Position numbers and translations under genes: made by a program | From: Octopus vulgaris | Lineage: Eukaryota | Direction: 5' to 3' | Assembly (NCBI GenBank): GCA_951406725.2 | Contig: OX597816.1 | Location: 121,148,001 to 121,212,000, forward strand | DNA length: 64,000 nucleotides | Notes under the pieces: model-generated | What the model was told of the DNA's origin: nothing | Databases searched by the model: none | The model's input: the letters and a program-made list of their open reading frames with translations, nothing else | Shown here: one piece after another, positions 26,117-38,628 of the stretch | Layout of the letters: each line of letters opens with the position of its first letter | Position numbering within the stretch: position 1 is the first letter of the stretch

Positions 26117-26640
26117 GTAGCTGCATCCTCGTTACACAAGAAAAGCCATCGCATAAAAGACTTACTGAAATGAGTTATTATTGATGCCGTGTGATGCCCT
26201 TATGTGACTTTTAAGCCCAGCCAAAGTTTTACACATTTTATTACATACTGTACAGCTGTGCTGGCTGACAGGAGAAACAGGCGTCACCGTATGCACTCTC
26301 TTAACATGTCTTTTCAGACCTCCAACTGAGAGGCACATCCTTCCACATTTTGCACATGTTCTGTTGTGAATTGTAATAACCACATCACTGTTTATCATGG
26401 GTCGATTCCTGTGAGATTTTTGATAGCTGACCAGGCCTGCACGACTCAAAAATCTTCACCCACAAACCACACACACAAAGAGCAACACTCCCTCATTCTC
26501 CACAGGTTCTTCCTTCTAAGCCCTCTCCTAATTCTCTCATACTTCACTCTCACCCTTTCAAACCCCAAACAACCACTATGCACTGTCTCCCTCCATCCAG
26601 GTCCTGTGTCTCCCTCTCCCAATCACCAACTGCAATTCTT
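26117..26640 (-). mobile_element. RTE-clade LINE 3' end encoding three C2H2-like fingers
   Basis: With frameshifts it reads IAVGDWERETQD..GWRETVHSGCLGFERVR (the RTE WE..A.DR..WR..G...FE motif), then LSRAGLVSYQKSH, CAKCGRMCLSVGGLKRHVKRVH and CTVCNKMCKTLAGLKSHIRASH. It ends in a (TG)n tail. Confidence 0.75.
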
Positions 26641-28343
26641 GTGTGTGTGTGTGTGTGTGTATGTGTAGATGTCAGGATGATTTCGGCCTTCATTAGGCTT
26701 ATCAACAGTAAACGCCTGACTGCTGGAAGTAGCAACAACCGCTCTGCTAGCGATATACATAGAATCACTGCCTAATCAGGGTCTGATTAGGTATCGCAAA
26801 TAGCCAGCCGATTATTAAAAAAATGATCAAAGCGATAGGAGCAATATTCATACTAAAGCGTAATATGCCACAAAATCCATATGAGAGGTTCTCTCATTGC
26901 GACTATCGCAGTATTCTGTGTTCTAACAGAACATCCACTTTTAAATGGGGCTAAATATTGCCTTTTGGTATTAATAATACTTCTGTCTCTTTTATTATTT
27001 TTTAATAAGACCACTAAAATAAAAGGTGGATATAACAGTACTCGACTACCACTGGCAGAGTAAAATAGTAATCTGTTGAAGCTGAAAATACTTCACAAAT
27101 TGTTGCATTGCACCCTACCTAAAGTAGGGTGGAATACAACAACACATGGACAGTAATAAAAAGCGCCTATCTATATATAATACGGATCTGCCCCGGGGAA
27201 GCCCTATGCATTTTGATGTATGGAGATCAAGCAGTAATGGGTGGGGGGTCAAACATAGACACAGCACACACATATAAAGACGCCTGACGTATATATATAC
27301 ACGACAAGGTTTTTATTTTAGTTTCCGTCTACAAAATCCACTCACAAGGATTTGGTCAACCCAAGGCTATAGTAGAAGACAGTTCTCCAAGGTCCCACGC
27401 AGTGGGATTGAACTTGGAATCATGTATTTGGGAAGCAAACTTCTTACCACACAGGCACGACCCCAACCCATATATATATATCAAACTTTATGTGGGTTAG
27501 ACATAGACTAAGAGTGTTTGTTAGTACTGTACATGTATCCGTATATAAATAGTTATATGTGATTGTATTGTATTTTATTTACGTCTTATTCTATTTAATT
27601 TTTTTTTTATCTATTTCTGTTTTTCATAAACAATTTGATTACATGCAAGAAGTGTACATATGTGCATATACAAATAGATATATGCATGTATTTTTTATTC
27701 TTAAATTTGCTTTCCTTTACTTCCGTCTTTAGAAATATTAAGTACGCATATAAGAAGTGTATGTGCCTATATAAATAGATATATTATTAACTTTTATCTT
27801 CTACTGTTTTCAGGCATTAGACTGCGACCATGATTGGACACTGCCTTGAAGAAGTTTTTTAGTCGAATGAATCTACTCCTGTGCATACTCTTTTACTCTT
27901 TACTCTCTCTTTTACTTGTTTCAGTCACTTGACTGCGGCCATGCTGGAGCACCGCCTTTAGTCGAGCAAATCGACCCCAGAACTTATTCTTTGTAAGCCT
28001 AATACAGTAGAAGGCACCTGCCCAAGGTGCCGAGGTTGGTCAGAGGCTATTGTCCAAGGGACCGAACCCGGAACCAAGCCTGTCGTATAATTTTGTTCCA
28101 ATTGATATATAATTGATATGTTTTGATTTGATGTGTTGATTTTATCAATTGCACCAAATTAAAAAAATTTCACTAAACTTTGAAATTTCCACATGTGCAG
28201 CCAACCAGTAAAGATCCAAGCTTTTTACTACACAGCACCCCTATACACACACACACACATTTCATTTTACTTTATTATACTATTTTTTCCTGGCTCTAAA
28301 ATAGTTGGAATGCATGTGAGCAATATATATGTGTAGATGAATA

Positions 28344-28387
<44 letters not shown>

Positions 28388-28522
28388 TTTGTATCTATAC
28401 GCATATCTATGTATAGATACTTGTGTGGACATATAAAAATATGCACACAACGTTGTATATAACTCAGACTTTTAACCCAACATATATTAATATAAACATC
28501 AAAGATAGTTAAGAAGCGTATA

Positions 28523-28575
<53 letters not shown>

Positions 28576-28658
28576 TAAATCCCCACCCACAAAAAAACAA
28601 GAAAAAAAGAAGAACAAACAAAAAACAACAACAACGCACGGGGAAGGAAAGAAAGATG

Positions 28659-28693
28659 GTTTAATGTTTCGAGCAAAGCTCTTCTTCAGAAAC
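28659..28693 (-). ncRNA. Minimal hammerhead ribozyme (no stem III loop)
   Basis: Minus strand gttt-CTGAAGA-a-gagctttgctc-GAAA-c-ATT^aaac. ATT is probably a CpG-decayed GTT. Confidence 0.72.
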
Positions 28694-29105
28694 AGAAGAA
28701 AGTCCAATAGAAAAAGGAGACGGAGAGAAAAAAATCGCCAACGATTCACATGTGGTTACACTTTGAAAAAATGTGTGTGTTTGTGTGTGTGTGTAAAATA
28801 ATATACACTACCTTGTAAGTAGGGATATGGAAGAATATGTATAAGGGACGGGTAACAATACCTACCAACTTACGTTTTCTAATTGTTTCAAAAAATCATA
28901 TAAAACTAGACGGTAATAAGTTAACTTTAAACAGAGGCTCGTGGGGCTAGTTCTTATTTTTGCGAGAGACGGAGGGTAGTTTAAATCCTTAACAGAAAAT
29001 AGGAAAACAATTGATATGTACTGAAACGATCAGTCTTCACCACTTTATCACTTGATTATCACTAAATAATTTTATTCTTCATTTTATTTTTCAGTCTGTT
29101 TACAA

Positions 29106-29479
29106 CAGTGGTTCCCGACCGGGATCCCTTTGGCCCCTGAGGATCCATGTAAGATTTTTTTTTTTTTCTTTTGGTGGGGAGGGTCCAGTCAACAAAACAG
29201 TAAATTGGGGATCCACAATAGCATTTTAAGGGCCCCTGAAAAAGCTTTACTTTAGATGTATTTATTGCTGTATACTGAAGAAAAAATAGCTAGGTTTCTT
29301 TCCCTAACATTTTACATTGTTCAACCTACACAAATGGATGAGAGAATAACAAAATAGAAATTTTGAAGGAAGTTTCTATAAAACTAGTTTTTAAATATCG
29401 AATGGCTATGGGGTCCACCAGAATAAAATAGTACTCAATCAAAGGGGTCCATTGACAAAAAAATGGTTGGAAACCCCTG
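29106..29479. mobile_element. hAT-type MITE
   Basis: TIR cagtggttccc / ggaaacccctg. Internal sequence is colinear with 22754-23096. Confidence 0.82.
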
Positions 29480-29733
29480 GTTTTGAACTTTCTTCCATAT
29501 AATCTAACCATTAAGTTAGAATGGTAATTCGTAGTCAACCCGACCCTTTTATTCTCTTTTGTCTGTTTCTTTATTTCTGTATTTTGCATTTTGACTGATT
29601 GCATTTTGTCTGTCACTATATCTATGGGTTTAGTTTTGACTGCAAACTGCTGAAAATGACGCATCACTTTGGGTACGCATTATCACACTGAGTGGAAATG
29701 ACGAGAGGATGTAACGAAGGACTTATTTAAACA

Positions 29734-29839
29734 GTCGCCGGAAGAGGCGCATTTTACATCTTGGATGTACGATAATGATTACGCAACAACTCACCAATGT
29801 ACTAAAGATGTAAAAATGTGTCGAAACAAGTGTAGTGGT
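29734..29839 (+). ncRNA. Hammerhead ribozyme with long stem II and a U4G core substitution
   Basis: gtcgc-CGGAAGA-ggcgcattttacatctt...aagatgtaaaaatgtgtc-GAAA-caagt-GTA^gtggt. Confidence 0.7.
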
Positions 29840-30028
29840 TTTAAATAAAGAAATTCGTTCATTCCATTTTCTATAATTATCTATTTGCATTAAGTCTACG
29901 GATATTGAAGAATTTCTGATGTACATCCAGTAGCAGGAGCATTTCCTCTGCATGATGACATCAGGTAGCCAATAACTATGGACGGGCTTTGCATAGCATA
30001 CAAGATTTTTACTCGAATCTTATTTAAC

Positions 30029-30059
<31 letters not shown>

Positions 30060-30477
30060 ACATAGTCTCACACTCACACTCGCGCGCATGCTTACGCACA
30101 CATACAAAAAAAAGGTATTAGTAGTGTTTAATACATTTAAGTATTTTAAGACAGTTGTTTCAAAACATTTAACTGTCCACTTGTGAAGGGTCACCACCGC
30201 ACTTTCCTCAATGAATCAATCATTTAGGGCCCCCAGCTTGACGTTTAACCCAGCAGGTTACTTCAGTTCTTTTGAGTACAGGAGGTAGCATTTCCGTTAA
30301 ATTGATGTTTATCTATATGTTGTTTTGAAAAGACTTCATGCCACCCACTCTCGCCCTGTCTTTCTGCCTGTCGCTCTTTCTCTTCTCACACTTTCTTTAC
30401 ATCTTTATGTCTCTGTTTTTCTCTCTCTTTCTCTGTTTGTGTTTGAGTGTGTGCGTGTGTGTGTGTGTGTGAGAGAG

Positions 30478-30520
<43 letters not shown>

Positions 30521-31679
30521 TTACACACATACAGACGTATACATGTGCCCGTGCATATTATATGTATGGATGTACATGAACAGGTGTGAATGTATTATAC
30601 GTATGTATGGATGTGTGTGTGTGTGCGTGCGTGTTAGCGTGTGGATGTATATGTATACAATTTCCGACCTCTCTTTCCCTCTCTGTCTCTATCTCTGTCT
30701 GTTTCTCTTTCTCTTTCTCTCTTTTTCTCTCCTTTTCCCCCATCGCCCTTTGCTCTGGACAACTTTTCAGGATCATTTACCTACAAAATAAAAAATAACA
30801 ATATAAAGCCATAATATGGGAAATGCTGCAGGGTAACTTATCATGATTAAAGATGAAGAAAGTTAATTTTATGAAACCGACCGAAGCTGAGAGATAAAGA
30901 AGATAACTGTCTACTACAGGCTATAAAGTAAGGCACAACAACAACAACAATAATAATAATCATCCTTTCAGATCTTATCGGTTTTGCTGCCAGCATTTCA
31001 AAAATTAAAGTTTACCGAAAATTTTAAAATTTGGCACAATGATATACTTGCCCAAATTGAATTACAGGAGTTATTTCATTTTTTTTTTCCAGAAAAATGT
31101 TTTAAAAAAGTTATAGAGGTTTATAGTTTGATCGTTTTCACCCAGTCAGGAAGCAGGATTTGGAAGCTGTCATTTTGTGCGTGACTGCACATTTTTTTGT
31201 TGTCACCATCCTGAAAATTGCACGTGTTGTCAATATTTGTAAACAAAACGTGTTATGTCTCCGGTAATTTTCTTTAATGTAAATAAATGTTTATGTTAAT
31301 TTAAAAGATTTATCCAAAAAAATTTATTTAGATATTATTTTTAGCACACAACACAACCACCTCCATGCTCAATGAAACAAAAAACAAACGAGTAAACAAA
31401 CATTTAAACATCCAATATGCATTTGAAGCAAATGCGGTAAACAACACGTTGCATGCGATAAACACATTACAATTTTTAACAGAAATATTTGGAAGGATTA
31501 GATGTAAGTTCCTCGGCAATTTTCTTTCACGTAAATAAATGTGTGTTAATTAAAAAAAATTGCCAGTAATATCTTATAAAATGACAATATTCCAGAAGAT
31601 GTACATGTCTATATATGAAAATAAGAGTGAGCAAAATATGCTTAAAAACCAAGCATTTAAGCATTAAAAAAAAACAAAA

Positions 31680-33255
31680 GGCGCAGGAGTGGCTGTGTGG
31701 TAAGTAGCTTGTCTACCAACCACATGGTTCCGGGTTCAATCCCACTGCGTGGCATCTTGGGCAAGTGTCTTCTGCTATAGCCCCGGGCCGACCAATGCCT
31801 TGTGAGTGGATTTGGTAGACGGAAACTGAAAGAAGCCTGTCGTATATATGTATATATATATATGTATGTGTGTGTGTGTCTGTGTTTGTCCCCCTAGCAT
31901 TGCTTGACAACCGATGCTGGTGTGTGTTTACGTCCCCGTCACTTAGCGGTTCGGGGATCTTTTCTATTCTGAAGCCAGGACCACAGATCTTTCTACTTAA
32001 CTAAATAATCTGAAACTTCGTATGCTGATAGAGTCTAGCAAAACAAGACACAGGTTGGAACTAGTTTATTTGAGAAAAATCTATTTTATGACTTTAATCG
32101 TAGATTAAAACTGCGAATTTTAACCAATCAGATTGTTTGTTTTCATGTGTAAAACTTGACTGCATTCTATTAGTGTGACGTAGAAAGCGCTTTTGTGACG
32201 TACTAACGTTCGGAAAACTGTAAACAAACACGGCAGACGAAATACGGCTACGCATTTCGCCCGGCGTGCTAACGTTTCTGCCAGCTCTTTGCTTTTTTAA
32301 TATTAAATTTCGGCGAAGTTTCGCTTGTCGTAGCACAAGTTTTCCGTCGATTTCCGTAAAAAACTTTTATTTTTTTACATAAGTAATGAGAGCGAAAGAG
32401 ACTAAGAGGAAGCGATTTTATGACGAGGGAAGTTTGTCTTTGAAGTTACCGTCTAGGGGAAGCATTGATGTACATGTGTGTGTGTGTGTGTGTTTGATGG
32501 GGTGTGGGAGACAGTATGTTGTGTAAGTGAAGTGCTTCTGTTAGTGTGTGTGAAGAGACAGAGAGAGTAATGTGTGAAAGAGAGAGATAACTGAAATTTT
32601 TTACTCGGTGTATGTGTATATGTATGTCTGCATGTATGTGTGTGTGTGTATGTATCTATGTATGTATGGCCAATTCATCGTAATTACGATTACGATGAAT
32701 CGGCTATACATACATACACACACACACATACATACACACACAAACATACTTACACATACATACACACACACATACATGCAGACATACAGAATGGAAACAT
32801 TTTCAATTTAATACATGTGGCTTATTAACTAGTTTTAAATATTGTTATTAGAAGGTGGCTGACTTGTTTACATTTAAGATGTTAAATACGTCACGAAATT
32901 GGTGGTCGAGACGGAGTAAATAAAATAAAGCCGAATGACGGAATATCATTGGTTAAAATTCTAATTATTAAACAACGTTAAACTTAGAAGTTACAATTCC
33001 GTTTTCATTCTGGTTTACAATTAAGTTTACTTTTGACACATTCTACCAGTATACGAAGTTTCAAATTGTTTGGTTCAGTAGGAAAAATTTGAAAAAACTG
33101 GCCTCAAAATAGAAAAGATCCCGGTTCGGCAAAAGAGACCGATAGAATAAGTACTGAGCTTACAAAAGAATAAGTCCCGGGGTCGAGTTGCTCGATTAAA
33201 GGCAGTGCTCCAGCATGGCCGCAGTCAAATGACTGAAACAAGTAAAAGAGAGTAA
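31680..33255 (+). mobile_element. SINE family A split by a MITE
   Basis: The 5' part 31680-31954 and the 3' part 33122-33255 rejoin at cggttcgg. Confidence 0.9.
31955..33121. mobile_element. Non-autonomous TIR transposon (Merlin-like: GG start, 8-bp TSD)
   Basis: TIR ggatcttttctatt / aatagaaaagatcc. Perfect TSD cggttcgg at 31947-31954 and 33122-33129. Confidence 0.85.
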
Positions 33256-33529
33256 AACATTTAACTTTCGGTTTTAATTTTTAAAATATCCTACTCTGTT
33301 TTCAATGTTTCCAGAACAGAAACGAAGTTACTGGAGCTTGCTACCATAATCACACAGAACACAGCGTCAAATTTGTCAACACGTGCTTCCTCACAGATAA
33401 AAGACTTCAAAGACTGCTCGAATTCGCTTGTTACTATTGCAACAGGCACGTTGAAAGACAAAAGAGTTCTCATGCTCGGCTTCTTACTATTGAAACAGGC
33501 ATGAATGTGTCTATGGCTTATGATTGGCT

Positions 33530-33930
33530 AAAATTATCAAAATGTTCAAACTTTAATTGCTAATAACTCTTTATTTATTGATTTATAGCGAAAATTACTT
33601 TCACGTCATTAATTAGCCTATAAAAGTGTATCATTACTCTGAATATGAAATGGATTTAAACAGAATTGATGCTGGCAGCCAAACCAATAAGATTCAGCCT
33701 TTCTACTAAAGGCACAAGGCTTGAAATTCCGGGGGCAGGGGACCAGTCGATTACAATGTTCAAGTCTAGTTGGTTTGGCTGCCAGCATCAATTTCTGTTC
33801 GAATCGATTTCATATTCAGTGTAATGATACACTTTTATAGACTAATGAATGACGTGAAAATCATTTGCGCTATAAATCAATAAATACAGAGTTATTAGCA
33901 ATTAAAGTTTGAAAATCTTGGGTAATTTTT
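33530..33930. repeat. Inverted duplication of the transposon right end (arms about 33530-33687 and 33770-33930)
   Basis: gatgctggcagccaaaccaa / ttggtttggctgccagcatc, plus about 140 bp of further complementarity. Confidence 0.88.
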
Positions 33931-34416
33931 TGATTGATTGATTGATTGATATTGATGTATGCAGGTATAGCTGTATGGTTAAAAATCTTGCTTTGCAATC
34001 TTGTGGTTTCGGATTTAGTTCCACTGCACAATGCCTAGGGCAATTTTCTTTCACTAGAGCTTTATTCCGGACAATGCTTTGTGAATGATTTAGGCTTTAG
34101 CAAAAAACTTTCCCCGCATCATGATCTGAATTGTCAGATTTTCATCTCTCTACCCAGAAGGCAGAGGCCAGATCAATTCAATGTTTATTTGCTTCCATTA
34201 CTGGTTGCATATTCTGGTGAAGTACATCTACCAAGATTCTGAAGTAAATCCCATCCCCCAGAAACAGCTGTCGGACTTGTAACACCATACATTCTCCCCT
34301 TTATTTTTCTGTGTCTTTGGTACTCTGTGTAAGTTTGGTCTGTTAATATATAAATATCTATGTATTTATAACTGAATATTCATCGTCTGAAAATGTGTCT
34401 TTGCATTCTCTCTATT

Positions 34417-34462
<46 letters not shown>

Positions 34463-34539
34463 AATAAAATAGAACATATGCATATATATAAACATATATG
34501 TACGTACCTACCTCTACATGTACATATACACGCATATAT

Positions 34540-35190
34540 GTGTACAGGACACCAAAAAGACGTCGAACACATAGAGAGACGAAAAACATAGACACAAACC
34601 AAGGGACAAGACAAGCAAAAAAAAGAGAGATACAAGACAATAAGCACAACGAAAAATCCCCTTCTTCAGTCGCTAAGGTTTCATCTACTAAACGTTTCGA
34701 AGGATAAAAGCGAGACGTATACTTCGAAGAAAACTTCCTTCCTGCGAAAAGCAAATCAATTAAAATTCTGAGATCTTTTCGCAGAGGGGTAAAAAAAGCA
34801 AGACGGTAACGACAGTACAAACATATAAACAGTAAAAAATATATATATAAACAGTGGAAAAATAAATATATAACAGTGAGAGACAGGACAAGGAGAACAA
34901 GATAAGAAGGGCTGTTAACGCCAGACGAAAAAAGTATTGCAAACGCTGGATTATAGTGGACGACGAGAGAGAAAGATGTCGACCAGTAGCCTTAGAAGGC
35001 GGGCGAGAAAAGACAGGATAGCAGTTACGACGGAAGTATCGTCGCAGATGGACGACGGGAATGGGGGAGGAGGAGCAAGAGGAAGAGAGAGAAGAAGGGG
35101 AATGGTGCGAGGAGACCATGAAGAACGGTGAGGGGGAGAGAGAGAGGAAGAGACAAGTTAAGTGAGGGAAAAAAAGACGAAAAAGGGAAT
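34540..35190 (-). mobile_element. Probable PLE pLTR/3' UTR remnant with permuted HHR-like motif
   Basis: Homologous to 9345-9960 (shared atctca.aatttta.tt.atttgct..tcgc.g and GAAA...CTGANGAaggg). Confidence 0.5.
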
Positions 35191-35192
35191 GG

Positions 35193-35236
<44 letters not shown>

Positions 35237-35330
35237 ATATCGAACCAAAGCAGTTTTTTTTGTTTATATGCATCATTGTCTCTCTCTGTCTCTATCAATC
35301 TCGCCCTCTCTCTTCCTCCTCCTCCTCCTC

Positions 35331-35367
<37 letters not shown>

Positions 35368-35379
35368 CATACATACATA

Positions 35380-35414
<35 letters not shown>

Positions 35415-36049
35415 GCGTACACACACGCACGCACACGCACGCACACACACACAGATACATACGCATAAATACTCATGCACACATACACGCCTGTAAATTT
35501 TTTATTTAAGTCTGTGCGGCTGTTAATTTTTATTTACTCTTTTTTTCCTGTTCTATTTATAAATCTAGATAAACATCGAGACATTTATGTTTTTGCTTTA
35601 CCATATTACACTTCACGCATAAACGCAAGTGCATATAAGCGTATACGCACAAAATATGAAACTGCATAGATATATATATAGTCACGAAAAAAGAACCGTA
35701 ACAATGGATATAAAGTAAGAAAAAAAACAAGACAAAGCACACTCAAGCAACAACAACAACAACAACAACAACAACGAATCAAACAGTTAACTATTAATGT
35801 TATCGTCGTTTCTATGTCAGGTTCACGTTCAGATAAAATACTATTCAACATAAGAAATAGGATGGTTGCTCATTCTAAATTTGTTTAAGATGAGTTGATA
35901 ATAGATAGCACGTCCTGACCTAGCTTCACCAACCCTGGACACAACTTGAGGCATATAAGGTTACCTGGTCTTTCAACACTCTGATTGGGTAACATATAAC
36001 TTCGTGACTTAGTTTTCTCATTTCAGATATATCATTATTGTTGTTGTTG

Positions 36050-36120
<71 letters not shown>

Positions 36121-36461
36121 TTTTTTTTTGTCTGCGTATTCAAATAAGACTTTAAGGCTTTAAAGATATTAGTCGTCTCATCATCTATTTCAATATTGTT
36201 TATTTCTGTATTTCGTTTGTAGGCCATCGACTTGTTTGAAGAGTTTTTCATTTCATGACATACCCGATTCTTGTTTTTTCGTATCTACATGTGTGTGTGT
36301 GGTGGTGGTGGTGGTGGTGGTAGTGGTATTGTGTGTGTATGTATTGTGTATGTATATGTGTGTGTATATATGTGTATGTATATGCATGTATATTTATATA
36401 TATACACACATACACACATATATATTTATATATACACACACATATATGTGTTTTATATATA

Positions 36462-36500
<39 letters not shown>

Positions 36501-36505
<5 letters not shown>

Positions 36506-38130
36506 TCCTATATGCGCTTCAACCCAGGGACAGTGGCCATGCTGGGGCACCGCCAGTATTGTTACCTTTTCAATGGCCATTCTTTTGGGACTGACTTTTG
36601 GTGAAGAAAGAAGTTCGATAGTGTTGCCCTCTTTTGAGTTTCTTGCTGTGATGCGGGTTCATCAGGGACCTTGTAGAGCAAAAGGTCAAGTTGTTTCTTG
36701 AAAACACCTAGCCCTACTCCATGAAGATCTCTCTGATATTTTGGCAGATAGGAAATAGCTGTGGGCCTTTGAATCACAAGCTATTTCAGTCCTCACTCTA
36801 GAGGTGATGCGTGGGACCTTTAGAACAGTGCAGTGACATCCAATTCAAAGGCTAGTATAACTCTCGATGCCAAAGTATGGTGGAAACCCTTCTAGGATCT
36901 TCCATATGTATATCACTATAAAGCTCTCCCGTCTTCGCTCCAGGGAGTAGAGCTGTAACTCTGACAGTCTCTCCCAGTAGCTCAGCTGTTCCAATGATGC
37001 CATCTTCCTGATGTAGAAGCGTCGAACTGCCTCAAATTTTGCTATAAATTTAGCAGCAATCCAGACGGTTGAGAATAAATGTCCTCCATAGAACCAGAAT
37101 AGATTCCTAGTAGTCTTGCTCTATAAGATCTCGGAGTCCTTCCTGCTGTTCGCCTGCACATTATCACCATCTAGATGATATGTATATAAAACGATGAGTT
37201 TCATATAAATCCCCAGATCACGCACTGTGATCTGGGAATTGATATGAAACCCTGGGATTGTCACTTTATTTCCAAAGTATCTTTGTTGCAGCATGCTAGT
37301 GCATGCAAGCTGACAGAGGAGGGCTTGGAGTTTCCCTGCATTAAATTGCTTGTTGTTTTCTTCAGCCCATTTATATATGACATCTAAGTTTTTCAGAAGA
37401 AGATTAACATCGAAAAGTTCCTTGACTGCGTGTACTACTATTGCGTCGTCGGCATAGCTAATAAGTGCGGTTGCCTGTGTAACTAATGGCATGCCCAAAA
37501 AGAGCCACCATAAACAGCAGTGGCCTCAACACAGTTCCCTGAGGCATTCCATTCGCTATTACTATCTCCTTGGAGAGGGCCCTATTGACTACCACAGCCT
37601 GGTTTCTGCCTGTTAAGTCATGTAACCACTCTTCCAGTTTTTCGAATATGCCGTGTCTTCGCAGCTTGTGACATATCCCATGGTCAACTTTATCAAAGAC
37701 CTTTGCAAAATCGAGATATATTACATACACGTTTGAGCGATTGACTAGTTGTATCATCACCCATTCATAATGCTGCAGAAGCTGTGTAAGGAAGCTTCTT
37801 CCTGAGTGGAAGCCATACTAGGTGTCAGGGAACAAGTCGTTATCTTCTAGGAACGTGATCAACTTCCTCTGACTATGCATTCCATGACTTTGCTGACATG
37901 TGAGATTATAGAGATAAGCCTATAGTGTTTAGCAACCACTCTGCTACTTCCTTTATGGATGGGCATCTGGAAGCTTTGGAAGCTGGTCTGTAATCGTTTT
38001 GCTAGAGCCCCTTTGCATTTCTTTAGGAAGATTGCGAGAAATTCATCAGGGCCTGTGGCTAAATTTAAGCTCATTTTGTCAATGGCTCATATTACTTCAG
38101 TTTCCTCTATTCCGATGTAGTTCTTTGGCA
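36501..38130 (-). mobile_element. CR1-group LINE, 5'-truncated, reverse transcriptase pseudogene
   Basis: Minus strand gives ATGPDEF, YRLISIISHVSKVME, VIYLDFAKVFDKVDH, GMPQGTVLRPLLF, SYADD, VRDLGI, LSYWERL and FKKQLD, with several frameshifts. Confidence 0.95.
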
Positions 38131-38294
38131 CCACAGCTCTCAGTCTATTCGTTTATTCATTTATCTGCTTATTACTCAGTCTGTCTGTATATCTGTATGC
38201 ATTTTTTTCTCTTTCTGACTTATAATTAATTTTGAGCGATCACCTAATTGGTTTGCATCTGTGAATATATGTAAGTACGTATGCATAATAAAGA

Positions 38295-38568
38295 ACGACT
38301 CTCCCGTCGTTAGACGACGTATGAGATTTAGACAGTTTCTTATCGAACAACCACACAGAGGATTTGCTTATAGTGATCAAATGTTTGTAAAGACATAAGA
38401 TCACTCCCTCCATGAAATCGACATTACCTGTACGGGTGCAACGGGGTACCATTTGTCAGATGCCGAAGTGATCGCAGAAGCAAGTTGAAATGGAGTGCTT
38501 TGCTCAAGAACACAACGTAACGCCTGGGCTGGGAATCGAACCGACAATCTTGCACTGAACCATGCGCC

Positions 38569-38570
<2 letters not shown>
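38295..38570 (-). mobile_element. tRNA-derived SINE, family D-like head with a different tail (similar copy about 50340-50590)
   Basis: Minus-strand head gaaggcgcatggttcagtg...ggttcgattcccag followed by gtgttcttgagcaaagcact. Confidence 0.65.

Positions 38571-38628
<58 letters not shown>

Larger units (their letters stand above)
30970..33695. mobile_element. Non-autonomous TIR transposon (Merlin-like termini) containing nested insertions
   Basis: TIR agatcttatcggttttgctgccagcat / atgctggcagccaaaccaataagattc. 8-bp TSD atcctttc/agcctttc within a SINE B tail. Confidence 0.75.

Noticed and set aside
26162-26449. Host C2H2 zinc-finger gene
   Set aside because: There are no TGEKP linkers and the fingers directly follow an RTE ORF2 C-terminal motif, so they are called as a LINE fragment.
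26672-26716. Possible U3-A8 HHR on the minus strand (TTGATAA-gcct...aggcc-GAAA)
   Set aside because: Stems I and III pair poorly.
35799-35935. Decayed HHR candidate on the minus strand (taggtcagg/cctgacata-GAAAC)
   Set aside because: CUGANGA and the cleavage triplet are both mutated, so it cannot be supported.
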